The notes beneath the pieces were generated by a model, which saw only the letters and a list, made by a program, of their open reading frames with translations, searched no databases and had not been told where the DNA came from. DNA of 64,000 bases from Oikopleura dioica (taxonomy: Eukaryota > Animalia > Chordata). Below are positions 24,851 to 39,350 of the stretch, one piece after another. The stretch lies in assembly GCA_907165135.1 (NCBI GenBank), contig OU015569.1:3038001-3102000 (forward strand). Direction: 5' to 3'. How positions within the stretch are numbered: position 1 is the stretch's first letter; each line of letters starts with the position of its first letter. A program made the translations under genes and the position numbers.

Positions 24851-27800
24851 ATCAGGTTCGATGGGGGGAAGCGAAGATTCTACCGCCGAAGAAGCTTCCC
24901 AAGAAGATGCATAGTTCGAGAAGCTGTGTTGCGTTTATAAACACGTATCCATTTAATTTTTCTAATTAGTCGTTTAATCGGACACTTGCAAAGTGAAAAT
25001 GCGGATTAACCCGCCGACGGCAGTAATTCCCACTAGGCGACACAGGTACCCGTCGCATTCATGTCACTTTTACCAAGGACGCAAATTTGGCGTGCGCCGC
25101 CATCTCCATTCAAATTTACATTTTTTCTCGAAGTGGAAAATAGTTTTCTGTCAGGCGAAATACAGTAGTTGTATTTGGAAGTTTAGATTTCGGCGCTTGG
25201 GATGGCTCCAGGTAGAGGTCAGTGATCTGAGGAGTGGTAGGTCGTAAGCGGCGCGCGTATTGAAGATTACAAGCCTGCCTGACAGAAAGGACAATCCCCC
25301 TCCTTTAAGCCGCAGGAGCCACTCGACTTACAGAAACTAGGGCCAGGGAAAACAACAATCGCGAGCGTCGATTATTACGCAAGCTCATCAATTTCGATGG
25401 TGAGATCATCCGGGCGCTCGATTGGGATCCGGCCAGGATGCGCAAATCTGAGTACTCTTTCAAAGGCGTGGGAAACTCTTATCAGTGGCTGGAGCTGGCG
25501 TTCGGTGCCGCTGACGGTGGCTCTGGTGGCGCAGGATGAAATGGTATCCGCAGTGAATCACGCTCGGCGACTTTGAAATGAAGACAAATATCACCAAAAT
25601 TGAGGCTCGGATTACGCCAAATCAACCTTTGTAATCACTCGGAAGGCCGCCAGATTGATAAGGACGGCGCACATGCCGCGCCGCAGCACCAGCACCGCCG
25701 CCACTACCACTCAGAATCCTTCCAAAAGCCGCCCTCTCCAAAAAACTAGTCGGGTCGGTACGGGATCCGTAGTTGGCAAATTGGGCGCTAATTGAAATGA
25801 AGATATCTGATTTAATGTTCTCATGCAAGTTGACTTTGATGAAACGAAAGCCCCACAATTTCGAGTTTGTGGCTAATCAATTCGTTCCAACAGTGAGGAA
25901 ATGTACTGTAATCGGATCGCGCCGAGCTGACAGGTAACCCGCTGCTAAAGAAGCTAGAGAACGCCATTGTTTTTCATTTCTCTCGTGGGAAGAGAGCATC
26001 TCCGCCCGCGGATTACCTGATTCACCACCGCCGCCAAAATGCACCCAGCTGTTTCCCTAGTGGAATGTAAATTGACCGGGATTCGCGATCGGCCAAAAAC
26101 AGGTACGCGACAATGTGTGCTTCCAGTCCCACGTTGGTTAGTGAAGCGATTTCATGACAATGGCGGCGAGCTCCACGTTTAGATTAGCCACTGAGGCACA
26201 GTCTTTAGGGAAGCAGCGAAACATGTCCCTGGAAGGGCTACATCGTCAAATCTTTTGATACTCACAATGCTCCCGCGCTTAGAGCTGACGAGCTGAGCTG
26301 TTTTCACCAAAAACTCAAATACAAAGCACTCATCCGTCAAAAGCGAAAAAGAAAATGACCGTTCCAACAAGCGACAAAGTACCAATGGCACCAAGCTCAA
26401 AGCCAGGCGCCGCCGTAATTCCGCTGCTTCTGTGAGAACTCTGAAGACACCTCATACGGAAATTGATCCTCTTTGGATTCTTGGAAGTTCGACGCGCGCC
26501 GCTCACACTTCCATCAGTCATGTGACCTGTCGCTTGCAATTTTTAAAATTGACGCGCGTTTTCCTGTTCGTGCTTCTTTTTCACGCACCAAAGCCTGCAG
26601 CCTAGACTTAGTGTACTTAGTCCGACCAAAATCAAATCTAAACTTGGCGCTTCTCGCGTAGAATTTATTGAGTGAAATCACCAGACGGTTTTCACTGAAT
26701 AAGCATGCCATAATCTGTGGAGACAAACAAGCAATCGTCAGATTAAGTAATCTAAGTCGTCTTATTACGAATTTACTCCATAGAAAATCTCCCGCGAGGA
26801 AGAGCCCCTCATACTTTGGCAAAAGAAAATGTCTCAAATGGACATTTAATCCGCTACGGAGCATGACAAACGTGATCCGACTGTATATGCTAGTATCAAT
26901 AATGGAGGGAGAATCTGAAGGGCGTGAACAGCTGGGCGTTACAGCGTGAAATCGGGATCAAATGAGCAAGAGCGAAATTAACAGAATTCTTCGATTTCGA
27001 ACGAATTGCAATTTGGAACTGGTTCAAGTACAAACTCCAAGTCGAATTCATTGATTGCACTCCCGGATGATCCGGAGCCACACGCTGCGAGCGCATCAAC
27101 ATCCGTTTTTATCTCCCTCTGGATCATCCCCACTGAACGAGGCAGCTCAACCGACGCGACTGTTTATGTCTCCTATCGCTCTGAGACGGGACATTGTTGA
27201 TGATCCAGACTGCACCATCTTCCTGTAGTTCAAATACAAGCTCTGTTGTTGTCATTTCTGTTGCTCGAGTAAAGATTAATTAGCATTTTTTGTGGTTGCG
27301 TTAATTTTCAAATAAAGAATTTGAGAAGCAAAAGCTTTACGTTGCAGTTTTTCCAGAGTACTTGAGTCTACACATGGCAATTAGGGGATGAGTTCAATGG
27401 AGCAGCAACAATGAGAGTGTCACAGTGTTGGTTTAGCCGTTCCAGTTTCTAGATAAGGATCAGGAAGTGAGCCACGTTCGGATTTCCACTGCGACACTTC
27501 CACTCTCCAATTTCCCAAAGAGCTCAGTTTACGTCGCGGTGAAGCAGCTGGAAACCATTCCCTCTTGGTGGAGCAGTGGTGCTCCTTCTCCACTGTGGAA
27601 AGCGGCGGCTGCGATTGGCTGCGCGATTCCCGACGTGTGCGCCGCCACTCGGCTAATCCAGCTCCCCTCTCGACCCCCCGCCATCCCTTTTGATCACTCC
27701 GGCGCCTTTCTCCTCCCTCAGCACGGAGCTTCCGGAAGCGAGTTTAAGCTGACTGCAACTGACGGGATGTGACTTCCAGTACTCGAAAATCGAACTTACA

Positions 27801-28811
27801 TTTTCCCAAGTCATTCTTCAGTTCTTAATCCAACTAATCCTAATCATAACGATTTCCACTCTCATCTTTTAATGACCATATAAAACAACTAATAAATCTT
27901 CTGTCCTAGTTTTCTCTTCCAACAAAGTTTCTTGCTTTCCTGAATGGAATATTTTAGGCAGGTCATAATTGCGTGTTGATATGGGATGAGTTCGGAGCGG
28001 CGCGGACAAAAGAATCACTCATGCAAAACATGGTGTTAGCGGCTAAATTCGTATTTTTCTTCGCTAAGCCGTAATTACGGTGCCGTGAAGGACGGCCAAG
28101 TGTGGATGCGCACCGATCCAGATCGAAATTTATTACAAAAGTACTCGCGCTGCTTTCATCTTGGGATTGTTGGAATTTCGTCAACTGGTGATAAACATTA
28201 ACCACCCTTGTTCGTACTAACGTCTTTTGTTCTCCGTCCAATTAGGCGATTTCGCACGTAAATCCAAAGCGTATGGAAATAAAAATCGTCCAAATCTATT
28301 GGTGCATCTTAGAAAGTATTCAAAGGAGAGTCGAGAGAGCAAAAAATAGGTGCTTCTTTGAGAATGCTTTTATGCTTTCATTTGAAATTTTGATGGAAAA
28401 AACTCCAACTGCAATCATCTTATCACAGTCACGGCAAATAACAGTAGTCGATCAGTTATATTTTTAAAAGATACAGATTTTAAGAGCTTTATTAACGCTC
28501 TTAGTGTTGATTGCATGATTGGGCAGGTAATGGTGGTGGTGGAGGTTTAAAGCTAGGGAAGAGACTAGTCGTGTTGAGGAGAGAGCGATGGCGCGCGCGA
28601 GTCCCGTTTGGCACTTCAGGAGTTCCTGGCTTGGACTCTGGGCTGCTGTGGCGCCCCCGTGCGCCCGATCCGATGCCGACGGGTCCATGGAGCATCCAGC
28701 CGCCACTTGAATTAGTCCTTCTTGTTTATACTCAGATACAGAAGACATAAAAACCTACCTGCCTTTTTCCGAGAGCAACATCTTTACGAGAGCTTTTACG
28801 AAACTGCAGCG

Positions 28812-31800
28812 ATGAGCGAGAACGGCTCCGTCGACGAAATCAAGGTCGAGGAGATCAACTACGACACAGATGCAAACAACGAAGTCGCCATCAAGGCTGG
28901 CGATGGCGCGGAGCTAAGTGAAGGTAAGTCTTTTTTTCCACCTTTGTAAATTGGATATTGACCTTGTCGTTGACTCGGGCGCCCGTGGGAACTCCTTCTG
29001 AGATTTGTTTTCCAGCAGAAAGTTGTCCCAACTTTGGTGATTAATTGGAGCTAATTAGGAGTATAATTAATTAGCGCTTGATTCCACTCTCGGACACTTC
29101 GGGAAGCGCTTATCCGCCAGCGCACTCCTCAAAGTTGTGACAATTGAGGCCCCTTGAGTATTTATACGTAAGGCCGAGTTTATCAAAATATCTGGAATCT
29201 GTTTTCACTGTCGAGTAGGCTCAATACCAACAGTGCTTCGTGTAAGAGGTAATCTTGAGATTTTCGCGCGAGCAACTTCTATCGCTATGTCCAGCTCAAA
29301 ACAGTGGAAGAATACGGCATGCGCAGTGGGCCGTACTTTGCGCGTGAGAACTTGAATGGCCCATAGGAATTTCGTTCCTTATTATTATTTGGGCTTGTTG
29401 AGGTGGATACTGGTCGAAATGCGCGTGAAAGGAGCCTCGGATCCGGTGCTGCCAGTTCTGGCCCACTCAGCCATTTTGAGCTAATAATGATTCGCATGTG
29501 AACTTGACACAGGAGCCGTGAAAGTGGCATTAATTCGAATTCCTGGGAGCGTTTCGTACTGATACTAAATGATCATTTGCTCCATGGGTGGTGCTCTTTA
29601 TTGAGTTTTCCCTTATCCCAAATACCAAGCCCGTCGATATCGCTGGAGAACTTCTCGAGCTCACTGACGTCGTCTGCAGCTCTCCCATAATCTCTCATTT
29701 TACTAATTAGCCGTCTCGTCGACGCAATGTATTTATTATGTAATTGATTAGATTTTTGCCAATGCAATATTGAACATAGCCGATAAAAAAGGACGATTGT
29801 CTGAAGCAATCTTTACTCGATCATCACTAGTCCTATATTGCGGAAGTGGACTCTAGGGATTCGCCATTTTTACGGTTTATGAATCGATTAATAATGTTAA
29901 CTTTGAACAACGGCGAGTAAGCCGAGTCCTCGTCTTGGAGCACAGAGCAGGGAACAATTGTTATGGATCTGCGCGTTTTCCTCGAGTCCCTGTGCGCGAT
30001 AATCCAGGAAACAACGAAATCGTTAAATTTTTAATAATCGGCCCCTTTCCCGCAGAAATTCCAGCAAATGAGTTCTCCACGGATTCTGAAAATTCCATCC
30101 TTCGCGCGAAAATCCGACAGCTAATCGGACATGATAACGAATCGGTGGCGCTGCGAGAGACAAAAAAAACGGATTTGAAGCACTTTAGTGGAGAGTATCC
30201 TAAATCGATTAATCCCTAATTAGACCAGGATTAAAATTCGATCATCTGATGATATTCCACAGCCAGGAGCCGGTGCTTCAACTTTTTCTTTCATAACTCT
30301 CGAACTCGAGATTCAGATCACGCGTGATATTCATTAATCATTTCGACGTAGCGAGGGACAGAGTTCAAAAATTTTCGGCTCCCGGGCAGGGGAGCGGCGG
30401 CCGGAGGGATTTGAATTCAGAATTTCTAATGAAGCTTTCCTACGCCATTTTCGCGCTTTTTTCGCGAGCTGTGTAATGACTAGCAGTCAAGTTTCCTAAT
30501 TACGGCCCTATTGGCGTAAGTTTTATTGGAAGCCATAATTACGATTTTACAGTTTTCCTGATTTGCTTTGAAGCGCCAGGTGCTTGGCTAGGTGGTCCTG
30601 GCTAGATCAGCGCTCAGGAGACTAGATCAGGAGACGGAGATCCCGCGGCTGAGCTCATTCCTTGGATAGAGCCAGAACACGTGCACCTGTGGCGGCGCTA
30701 GAATGTGAGCACTTTGATACCTCCGCCTCCTCTGAACTCAACTCGTTCCTGCCAGAGCCCGGGCCAAGCGTTTCGTCAGGAAGCGGACGCGTAACTCAAC
30801 TCGGAAGGAAAAATAATTATCCCCGCGTCCGGAAAGCGAATTGCTATAATTAACACGGCAGAAATCAGTGCTAGTGTCCAGAATTCGCGCGCTTGCTCCT
30901 CTCCACCGCCGAAAAAATGCTTGCTTTGCTCAACACGCGGAATCTTGTCGCAAAATATTTGTTTGGCTCAATTACCCCATTTGAAGGCTTATTTCGCGCG
31001 CTGAAAGAGTGATCTTTGCCAAACTGTGATCTTCTTCTAATCACAAGACGTTCTAAAAGCCGGCATTTCTAATGCTCTTTTTGCACCAATCCATTTTCAT
31101 CAGAGAAGATGGCGCCGGACTTTGGAAGTGGAAAGCGTCGGACAAGGAAACAGCGCCACCATTGGAATGCGGCGGGAGCGGATTGGGCGCAGCCATAGTC
31201 TCGCTGAGGAGCGCCGACTCCTTCCCGCGTCTCTCCGAGCTGATCCCGAGACTTTCTTCTGATTCTTTGTCTTGTCTGTTGAGCGCTGCTTTTACGGCCG
31301 TGTGGAGCAATGCCGGATCAACCGGACACGCGTAAAATCGATAGCCCCAATAAAAGCGTCCTGGAAAACGGAAGCTCGCTGTCTAAGTCCCAGGGAAATC
31401 CACTTTGTCCGCAGAATCACCTTGTAAGCCGAAGGTTAACCCTCCCGTGTCCTGATCCAATCGAAAAGTAAATTTTGTACTTCGCCGGGTTAATTATCTA
31501 AAATTTTCGGAAATACTCAAATCGTGCATCCAAATAACTCGGAAAAGGGAGCAGTGCTCATTTTGACATTCCATTGTCCGAGTTCTTTTCGCTGGAAAAT
31601 GTGGAGAATCGTATTCGGCTCCTGGCCAGTTCTATGGCTTTAACCGCCGACACCAGATGCCAACACCACCAATTACAGCACCAACAACAGCCGCGCCAGA
31701 ATCGCGCCGAATTCCGCAATTTCTATTTTCACGGATTGTTCGCATAGCAGGGCAGCGCTGGAATCCGACTGGCGCACGCCGAAATACCCCAGCGGTTGCC

Positions 31801-34800
31801 AACCAATTTTCTTCCTTGACGGCGATATAGCCTTAGTAAACTTTTGATAGCTGCTAAATCAACAGCGGCTTCCGTGGGACTTGAATTGAATCTGCGCCGG
31901 AAATGGCGTTTCATTTCATGGGAGCCACTGTCGACTACTTTCCTTGGAGTGTCGATGCTCTGCGCCCAGCTCGAGCGTTTTGGGACAATTGAGACGAGCA
32001 CCGGAAGCCACTTGCTGGTTCCGCTTGTTGTTATAATTGCGATCCATCACCGTTGTTGGTTCAAAACTTTGATTTGAAATCCATTAGATTAGGGCCAGCC
32101 TGTAGATGTAGCGGGAAGATGATCCGGAACTTAACGTGAATGATGAATGAGCCGGTCGTGTTCCAAGCATCACTGAGAGGGCTCCAGCTGGGCACGACTC
32201 AGCTGGAGCCTTACATATATCTTTACATTAATTATGGATGCGGCTATATGTTTACAAGTCAGAGTAAAATGTGTCTTGATCCTCTCTGTCACGGGCGGCG
32301 CACGTAATGGATGAAAAAAGTCAGAATCCATTTAGCTAAAAGGTCTAGGGGTGCACCTGCTAATGGATGTAACTCCCCGTTCTCCGAGAACGGGAGAAGA
32401 TAGTTGATTCAGTAGAAGGAAACTGAGACTGTCATAAGCGGGTCTTTTATCCGGATCAGGCTCAGATCGCGGTGACAGGACAATTTCGGGTGGAAGGTTT
32501 CGCTCGATTAGAGAGGATTAAGAACTGGCTCTCCATATCTGGCCGGGGGATTGTATATTGAAGTGTTTGTTGTTTCGCACGGCTGCGAGTAGCAATTTCG
32601 TCCATTGCGAACAATTGGCACCTCCACCGAGCTCCATCGTCTAGCCTATAATTTGGGATTGAAATCTCCTTCCTCCGATTGTTAAAGCCCCGGGCCGCCC
32701 GTCGCAGATCGCCAAGAAAACAAAACCTTCGTTGTTACAGCCAGAGCGCTAACTCCACAATCGACAAGCACACACAAGCACGTGCAGCGGCAAATTATAG
32801 CTCCCGCCGCGCCACGGTTACAACTTAAAACACGCACAGCATTAGTATCTGGATTCGTCTTTATTGAAGTTCACTCTTGGAAAAGACTATCAACGCAATG
32901 CGCGGCGGGTTAATCCCCTACTCATTGGGATTAGCCGATTTGCAGTTCGCCACTGTTGCGGCGCGCCCCGTCGAGATCTCCACCAAAGCTTCTCACCTGT
33001 TGATGTCTTTGATTCTCCCACTTTGAAGTGTTGTGTATTCCCCGGTTATCCGTTAATTATCAGCCACTGACATTTGCTTTTAGACAACGAGCTCAACCGA
33101 AAGAATGGACGAAACTTGAACCTCATCAAGTGCGAAGAGTGCGGCCTGATCTGCGCGGGACAGAGCCATTACAACGTGCACATCCGATCTCATACAGGTA
33201 CAATCTACAGCATAAGCAACTAGTTCATCAGTAACACGCGATTTCAGGAGAACGGCCCTTCAAATGCGCTATTTGCGGCGTGGCATTCACGCAGAAAGGA
33301 AATCTCCGACGTCACTACAAGATCCATAGCGACGAGAAACCTTTCCAATGTCCAATCTGCTCGTATCGATGTCGTCGACGTGACGCGCTCAACGGACACA
33401 TGCGCATTCACTCAGGTAAAGTTTTGGAAATCGGAGGCCTTTAGAATCTGCCCGGAGTCTGAACCTGTCAAATCTGAAACTGCTAAACATTTGTTCTGCG
33501 GGTGGGCCATGCACAAACAGCGCAACACGGAAAGAACAGAAGGGGAAGTCACACTTCCCGCCGGAACACGCGTCAACACATGACCACATTATAAGCTAAA
33601 GGCGCGTGGCCGGCTTCTTTTTCGCGTTCCGATTCTAGCGTCGAAATCAAAAGGCGCCACGGCCGGATCAAAGGGACTGGGATCAGGGAAATCACTCGAC
33701 GCAGGAATGTGTGTTTTCAGATGTAGGTGATGGACTTAAGCGTGTAAACGAGCGCCGGCTGTCGACCTACAGGAGATATAGAGAGCTTTACTCCAAAATT
33801 ACACTGTCTTTACTTTCAGCTTATTTTTTTCATTTTTTTCTTCTTTTTTTTTCGCGCGAACTCACGCGTTTCCCAGCGAAATTCACACAGGAGAACATGC
33901 CGAAGAGGTGGCAATTATCGCGCTGCTAAACCTGTAACTGGAATTGCTCACATAGCGCTAGAATATCCCAAATATGCGCCATAAATAGCCAGTTTCCCAG
34001 GGCCGCTCAGAGCCCCAAACAAAAGCGTGTTTGGAGTCGCGTAGATCCTCGGAAATCGGCGAGATGGCGGAAGACATAATGAGCCGTTATTAGCACTCGC
34101 CAGTGACGGATTCACGTGCCTAAGTGGCGATTTTTACGCGCGAGGAAAAGCGCTGAGCCAGGGAAAAGAGAAACCGCTCGATCATGATGGTGGATGCGGC
34201 GGTGGTGCTCTGGAGGTGTGAGGTGATAGATGCGATCATCCAAGGCGCGCGAGAATTTTCGGAATCTCGTATTTTTGATCGATTTAAGTTGAGCAACCAC
34301 TAATGGAAGGTGCGAGGCGCATTCCGACGGCGCCATCTGCGGTGCACTTTCGAAACATTTACACCTCCAATTAGGGACTCTTTGAAAAAAGGAATCACAC
34401 ACCACCACCGCCGCCGCCAAAATTTACCCTAATTGGTACTCTCGCCGCACTCAATTAGTTTCTCCTCTTTCTCAACGCCACTCTCGACTTCGATTTCGAA
34501 TGCATATTCTCGGGTTAAGTATTTAACAATTGTGCGGAGCGCCCGGATGATCCCTGGATCTCAATTAGGATCGGTGCGTGTACGTGCGATCTGCCAGGTG
34601 CATGCTCATGTCAAACTTGGGACTAACTTCTGACTCCGGGCTAATCGGACTTGCGCGGCTCCTCAATTCGGCGCTGGGGAAAGCTTCTTTTGGAAGCTGG
34701 TAGGGCTTAGCGCCGGGCTCAGTTTCAATCATCATCCGATACAATCCTTAATTCGTCCCTTGAGTACTATTGAGCAAACGAGAACTCGCCTCGCATTCGG

Positions 34801-36718
34801 GGGGAAATCACAGCTCCCGACATTTGATCCCTTCTAATCGATTAATTTCAGACATGCGGCCTTATCGCTGCTCTTACTGCGCCCGCTCGTACAAGTCACG
34901 CCAGTCAATGAAGGAACACGAATATCAATGCCCGTACAAGTCAGACCCCGTCCAGCCTACTCCACCAGGTAGTAAGATAGTAACAAACACTCAAAAAAAT
35001 ACATTTCTAGGATCAGAAGGATTTCCTTTCCAGAACGAAGCAGGTCTTCGAAATCCAATGGCACTTCCTTGCCCTCGCCCATCTACAAGTCAGCCAGCAC
35101 CAGCGCTAAATCAACTTGGACAACTGGGAGCACGACCACCAGCATATCCACCAGCAAACATCAACGAACTTCTAGCCCTACGAGCGCGACTAATGGCACC
35201 CGGAGCACCTCCTCCACCACCACCTCAAATTCGACCAGGTTTTCCTGGCTTGTTTGGCAACTCGATTCCTCCAATACCTCCTACAACAACTCCATTTAAT
35301 GTAAGCTGTAATTGGTTGTGCATATTAAATAATGATAAATTCTAGCCTGAAAACCACCGCAACGGAGCAGGTATGGGCGGAACGCATGCGCTCGCACTTC
35401 ATATACGTCGGCTTCTGGCCAACGCCGTACAACAGCAGCAGCAGGGTGGAATCAGAAACCCACTTGAGAAGTCGTCCTTGTCAGAGGCGACGCCAAGCTC
35501 GCACTCCTCACACTCCTCTGCCGAGGACTCAGGCCAGGTAATTAAGGTAACTCGTTAGAGAGAGGAGGATCACTTAGGACATCAAAATACTGAATGAAGA
35601 CCGAAAATAGAAAACTCTCCATAATAATTATCTTTTTAGTTTTCGCCTACTGAGTCGAAAATCAAGCCAACCGATATCAACCAAAATGTTGCCAAGATCC
35701 TTGCAAACATGGTCCAGCCCCAAGCCGATTCTCCTCTTATTCCGGAGTCACGAAAGCGACCACACTCCTTCGAGTAAGTCTTGTTATTTATTTATCTATA
35801 AAAATCTATTTTCGATAATTCCGCGAGTATGTCCAAACTGTCGTAAACTTTTTTTTCAAAAGGGCGCTCGGGCAAGTACCAAAGCAGTTAACACGCGCCA
35901 GGTGTTCCTTCAATCGCCCAAACTCTCGTAAACTCCGACATCAATTATTAATTTACCTTTTTACTATACGTTATTTACGGGAGGTGGTTTTTCCCGCCTC
36001 TCTGCCCGGAATAGAGCTGCTTTAATTTCCTAACACCGAATTCCTTTCATCGACGCAGCTGCTTTTTTTAATGGGGCTGTTTCTTTTAAATATTCTTCTA
36101 CAAATCATTGATGTGGATTCTCCTACTTTGAATTTGAAAACTGTCAAATTTAATTATCAATTTTCAGAAGCGAGCCAACTCCGAAACGTATGCGCTCCCC
36201 AAATCCAACAAATTTGAACCTCGCCGACTCTTCCAAAGACGATGAAGTTTTTGTCAACGAATCGCCTCTGGAAAACTCTGTTGTCGCCGACGTCCCACCA
36301 GTTGATGACAACGAGGACGTAGATGTCAGTGTAGAGCCACTCGACGAGAGCAAAAACGAAATTTCCAGCGTTGATTCCCAGTCGCCCCTCGACCAAATCG
36401 CACAAGACGAACATATGGAAATCAAGGCGCAGATAAGCGTCTTCAAAAACGGCGCCAAGTTGAATAGCTGGGAGTGCGAGACCTGCAACTGTATTTTTCT
36501 CAATGAGGTACTTGCTATTGTCATTTCTCTTGACTAAATACGCGATTCAGATCACTTATCGAATTCACATGGGAGTCCACATGCATGCCGATCCACTGTG
36601 CTGCAACTCGTGCGGCAAACGTTGCTCCGACCAGCAAGAGTTCCAAGCCCATCTAGTTCACCACCAGCATGTTAATAATACGGTCCCCACTGCTCCAAAA
36701 GCAACCAATGTTGTCTGA
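28812..36718 (+). CDS. IKZF: Ikaros-family C2H2 zinc-finger transcription factor (4 N-terminal + 2 C-terminal fingers)
   Basis: ZF1 [21 protein letters not shown]; ZF2/3 [27 protein letters not shown] and [21 protein letters not shown] (Ikaros has FTQKGNL and CRRRDAL); CCHC ZF4 [21 protein letters not shown]; C-terminal dimerisation fingers [11 protein letters not shown]|[19 protein letters not shown]...HLVHHQH. Exon 1 is 28812-28923, with introns 28924-33083 and 33416-34851. Confidence 0.93.
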
Positions 36719-37217
36719 CTTCCTTAATGCTAAAAAAACAATCGACCCTCCCACAGTACTGTACATTTATACTTTGACTTAGGATTTCTATTACTGTCTT
36801 GACTGTATTTTTTCAACACGATCTTTCATGCGTTACTTTGAGTTTCTTTCTTTCAATCTTTGAGACTAGAAAAAGTTAGTATTGCTGGCACACATGGAGA
36901 TACCCTGTCTGCATCCTTATCACCCGGCCAGAGAAAATGATAAGATAACACTGTCGCAGGAAACGACATTTAGTAGGCTTGATTTATGTCAAGAGAGTAT
37001 TTCAGGCTAAGGCTTTTAATTTGAACAAAATACGTTGATGGGGACTTTTATAGCCGAAAACAGATCACTCTGGCGGGAACCAGGAGAAGAATGCTCACGA
37101 AGAGGGTCAGTTGTTAGAAGCATCAGAGAGGGAATATCCAGTTTCAGCTCTAACAATACAATTGCCTCGTCTACTTTTTCTCGCGTCGGGCTACTAGACT
37201 CGATGGTACTTTGCTGC

Positions 37218-38980
37218 ATGGGAAACTTTTCAGATTCGGACAGCTCATCTGACTCTGACGAAGACGGAGGCAGTGATACCGATGATGGTTCTGAGGCTGA
37301 ATTTGATATTCTTCAGGTGGAAAACTTAAGTTCATGCGTTACATGATAGTTTTAGGAGGACATTGTGCAAAAAGACGAAGAGTCCGAGCTCGAAGACGAC
37401 GGTGGAGACAGCGAAAGCAGCGATGACAGACACCTTTATGATTTATATTTAGCAGCAGAGAACCAAAATGCTGCAGTTAAGAGTTCAAAAATTACGCATT
37501 GAAAAAAGAAACATTTAAAGAACTTGAGATCAGATGAAGAAGGCTCCATCGTTGATGTGAATGAGCAAGATGACATGTAAGGAGCTCTTTTAAGAAGTTT
37601 TAGAAATTTGACAAATTTGAGGTTTCTTAGAATCTTTCAAGACCTCAACGTTCGTATGGAAGAGTATGACGATGAGGATGATTATATCAGATGTAAGGGG
37701 TTTATTCGTTTCTTCACGAGTCGCGACTGTGATTCTTTAAGACATGGGTGAATTGGAAAAAGAAGAGGTTCTTCCAGAAGAGTCAGATGAAGAGGTCCTC
37801 TCACACAAAAGCAAAGGTATAAGAAACTGTTCATGCTTCATCTATTCTCAAAGGAAACTCCTCCGTCGAAACTTTTGCGCTTTACAGCTCCGATGGTGTT
37901 TGCAGCTACGAGAGCACTACCTCCGGCTACTTTCCTGATTACTGAAACTTTCAGTCTGAAAGAGAAATCTGCAACAAAATCTTACTGATTCGTCTTCCTC
38001 TGTATAATTTTGTGAATTGAAATACCAAAATAAATATCAACAGCTAGGAATCGACGACTGAGTTCACTAAAGATAAAAAAGAAATCAAAGAGGAGAATTG
38101 TCAATAATTCCGAGTGGGAGTTTTGAGTTTCTTGAAGATAAGTTTAGTCCTGTGACAGGATCATAAGAGTAGTAGTAAACAAAAAACTCCCCATAGGGAA
38201 GAACTAGCCGCGAAGGCGAGTTTTTTTTGGCCACGTTGGCTAGTAAATATATGTTTCGATGTATTCTTTCGATGCTTCCATGTTTGGTTTCATGATTCGA
38301 ACTCTCTACTTTGCGATTGTTACGCTGGGGTCTTACCAGCGGGCCACTCGGGGTCAAAAGCTGTACTGAATAACGGTTGGTATGTGTTAGCGAAAACAAC
38401 CCGAGCTCTTCATTGATCATAACCGGTCGCAGCTGTCTTAGACTCGAAGCTACCTTAGTCACAAAAGGAGCTTGGTTCGCTTAGATTCGGTTGTTTTGGA
38501 TGTCTGTGGCGGTTTTGGACCGAATAGTAGATCTTGGTGGGGATTTCAAGGTAATATTAAATAAAAATTTCGGAATAGTTTATTTCTTCAATAATTTAGA
38601 ACTGGAAGACAAGGAACAGATCCAAGTAGATTTTGAGTGAGTCGCCAAAGTAATCCAACTGTCCACGGAGAGTTTCTAAACCCTCCGTTGTTAGAAACGT
38701 GCCGCAAAAATCAACCTAGAATGAATAATTCAGCACTGTTCATTAAAGGCTCAAGCTTCTCAAATGTATTAATGAATAAAATAACAAGCGTGCGAGATCA
38801 GATCATACCTCTATTCCCAAACCAGCAAGAAAGGACTCCACCGATTGAGTCTGAAAGAGAGATTTAAAAAAAGGCAGATGAGCAAAGTTGCGCAGAAGGT
38901 AAGAGCTTCCTCAGTACTTACGGGAGAATCAAATGTCCAGCAGCATTGGTTTCCAATTTCCACGATTTTGTCGACCACTT
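37218..38980 (+). CDS. Uncharacterised acidic protein with a basic C-terminus
   Basis: Exons MGNFSDSDSSSDSDEDGG, EDIVQKDEESELEDDGG, DLNVRMEEYDDEDD, ELEKEEVLPEESDEE, ELEDKEQIQVDF and DKKGLHRLSLKERFKKRQMSKVAQK. Model is partial. Confidence 0.45.
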
Positions 38981-39350
38981 TTCTTGAAGAAAATAATTTT
39001 CTACTTAAAATGAAGTTCGGAAAAGTACCTTTTAATGTCCTGAAGGAAGTTGTCGACCTGATCAAAAATGATCTTGACAAGCTCATCTCCTTTGACAACA
39101 ACGCTATCATTGCTAGCAAGCACTTCCATTGCATTTTCGTAAGCGTTTTGGAAGTCATCGAATTGGCTTAAAAGCTCTACCCCCACCAACTGGCCTAAAA
39201 TGGTTTGAAAATATCGACGAGATGCAATTTAAGATATTATTTGCGATTTTGAACCTTTGAGGAGAATCTGGGTGACGTTGAGCAGCGCAACACCGTCAAA
39301 GCTCTGAGCTTGAGTAGCTCCAAAAAGGAGGCAGAAAAAAGCACTTGCTC
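38890..39350 (-). CDS. Small uncharacterised, possibly secreted helical protein
   Basis: Exons FCLLFGATQAQSFDGVALLNVTQILLK, FDDFQNAYENAMEVLASNDSVVVKGDELVKIIFDQVDNFLQDIK and KVVDKIVEIGNQCCWTFDSP. Start codon not located. Confidence 0.4.

Noticed and set aside
25460-27200. Exon-like pieces upstream of Ikaros (e.g. minus-strand IQREIKTDVDAL...NEFDLEFVL, faintly KLF-like)
   Set aside because: No zinc fingers or consistent exon chain were found, and GC-rich regulatory DNA gives such ORFs by chance.
38600-38640. EQIQVDFE resembling the BCCIP motif
   Set aside because: The following exons do not continue with BCCIP sequence.
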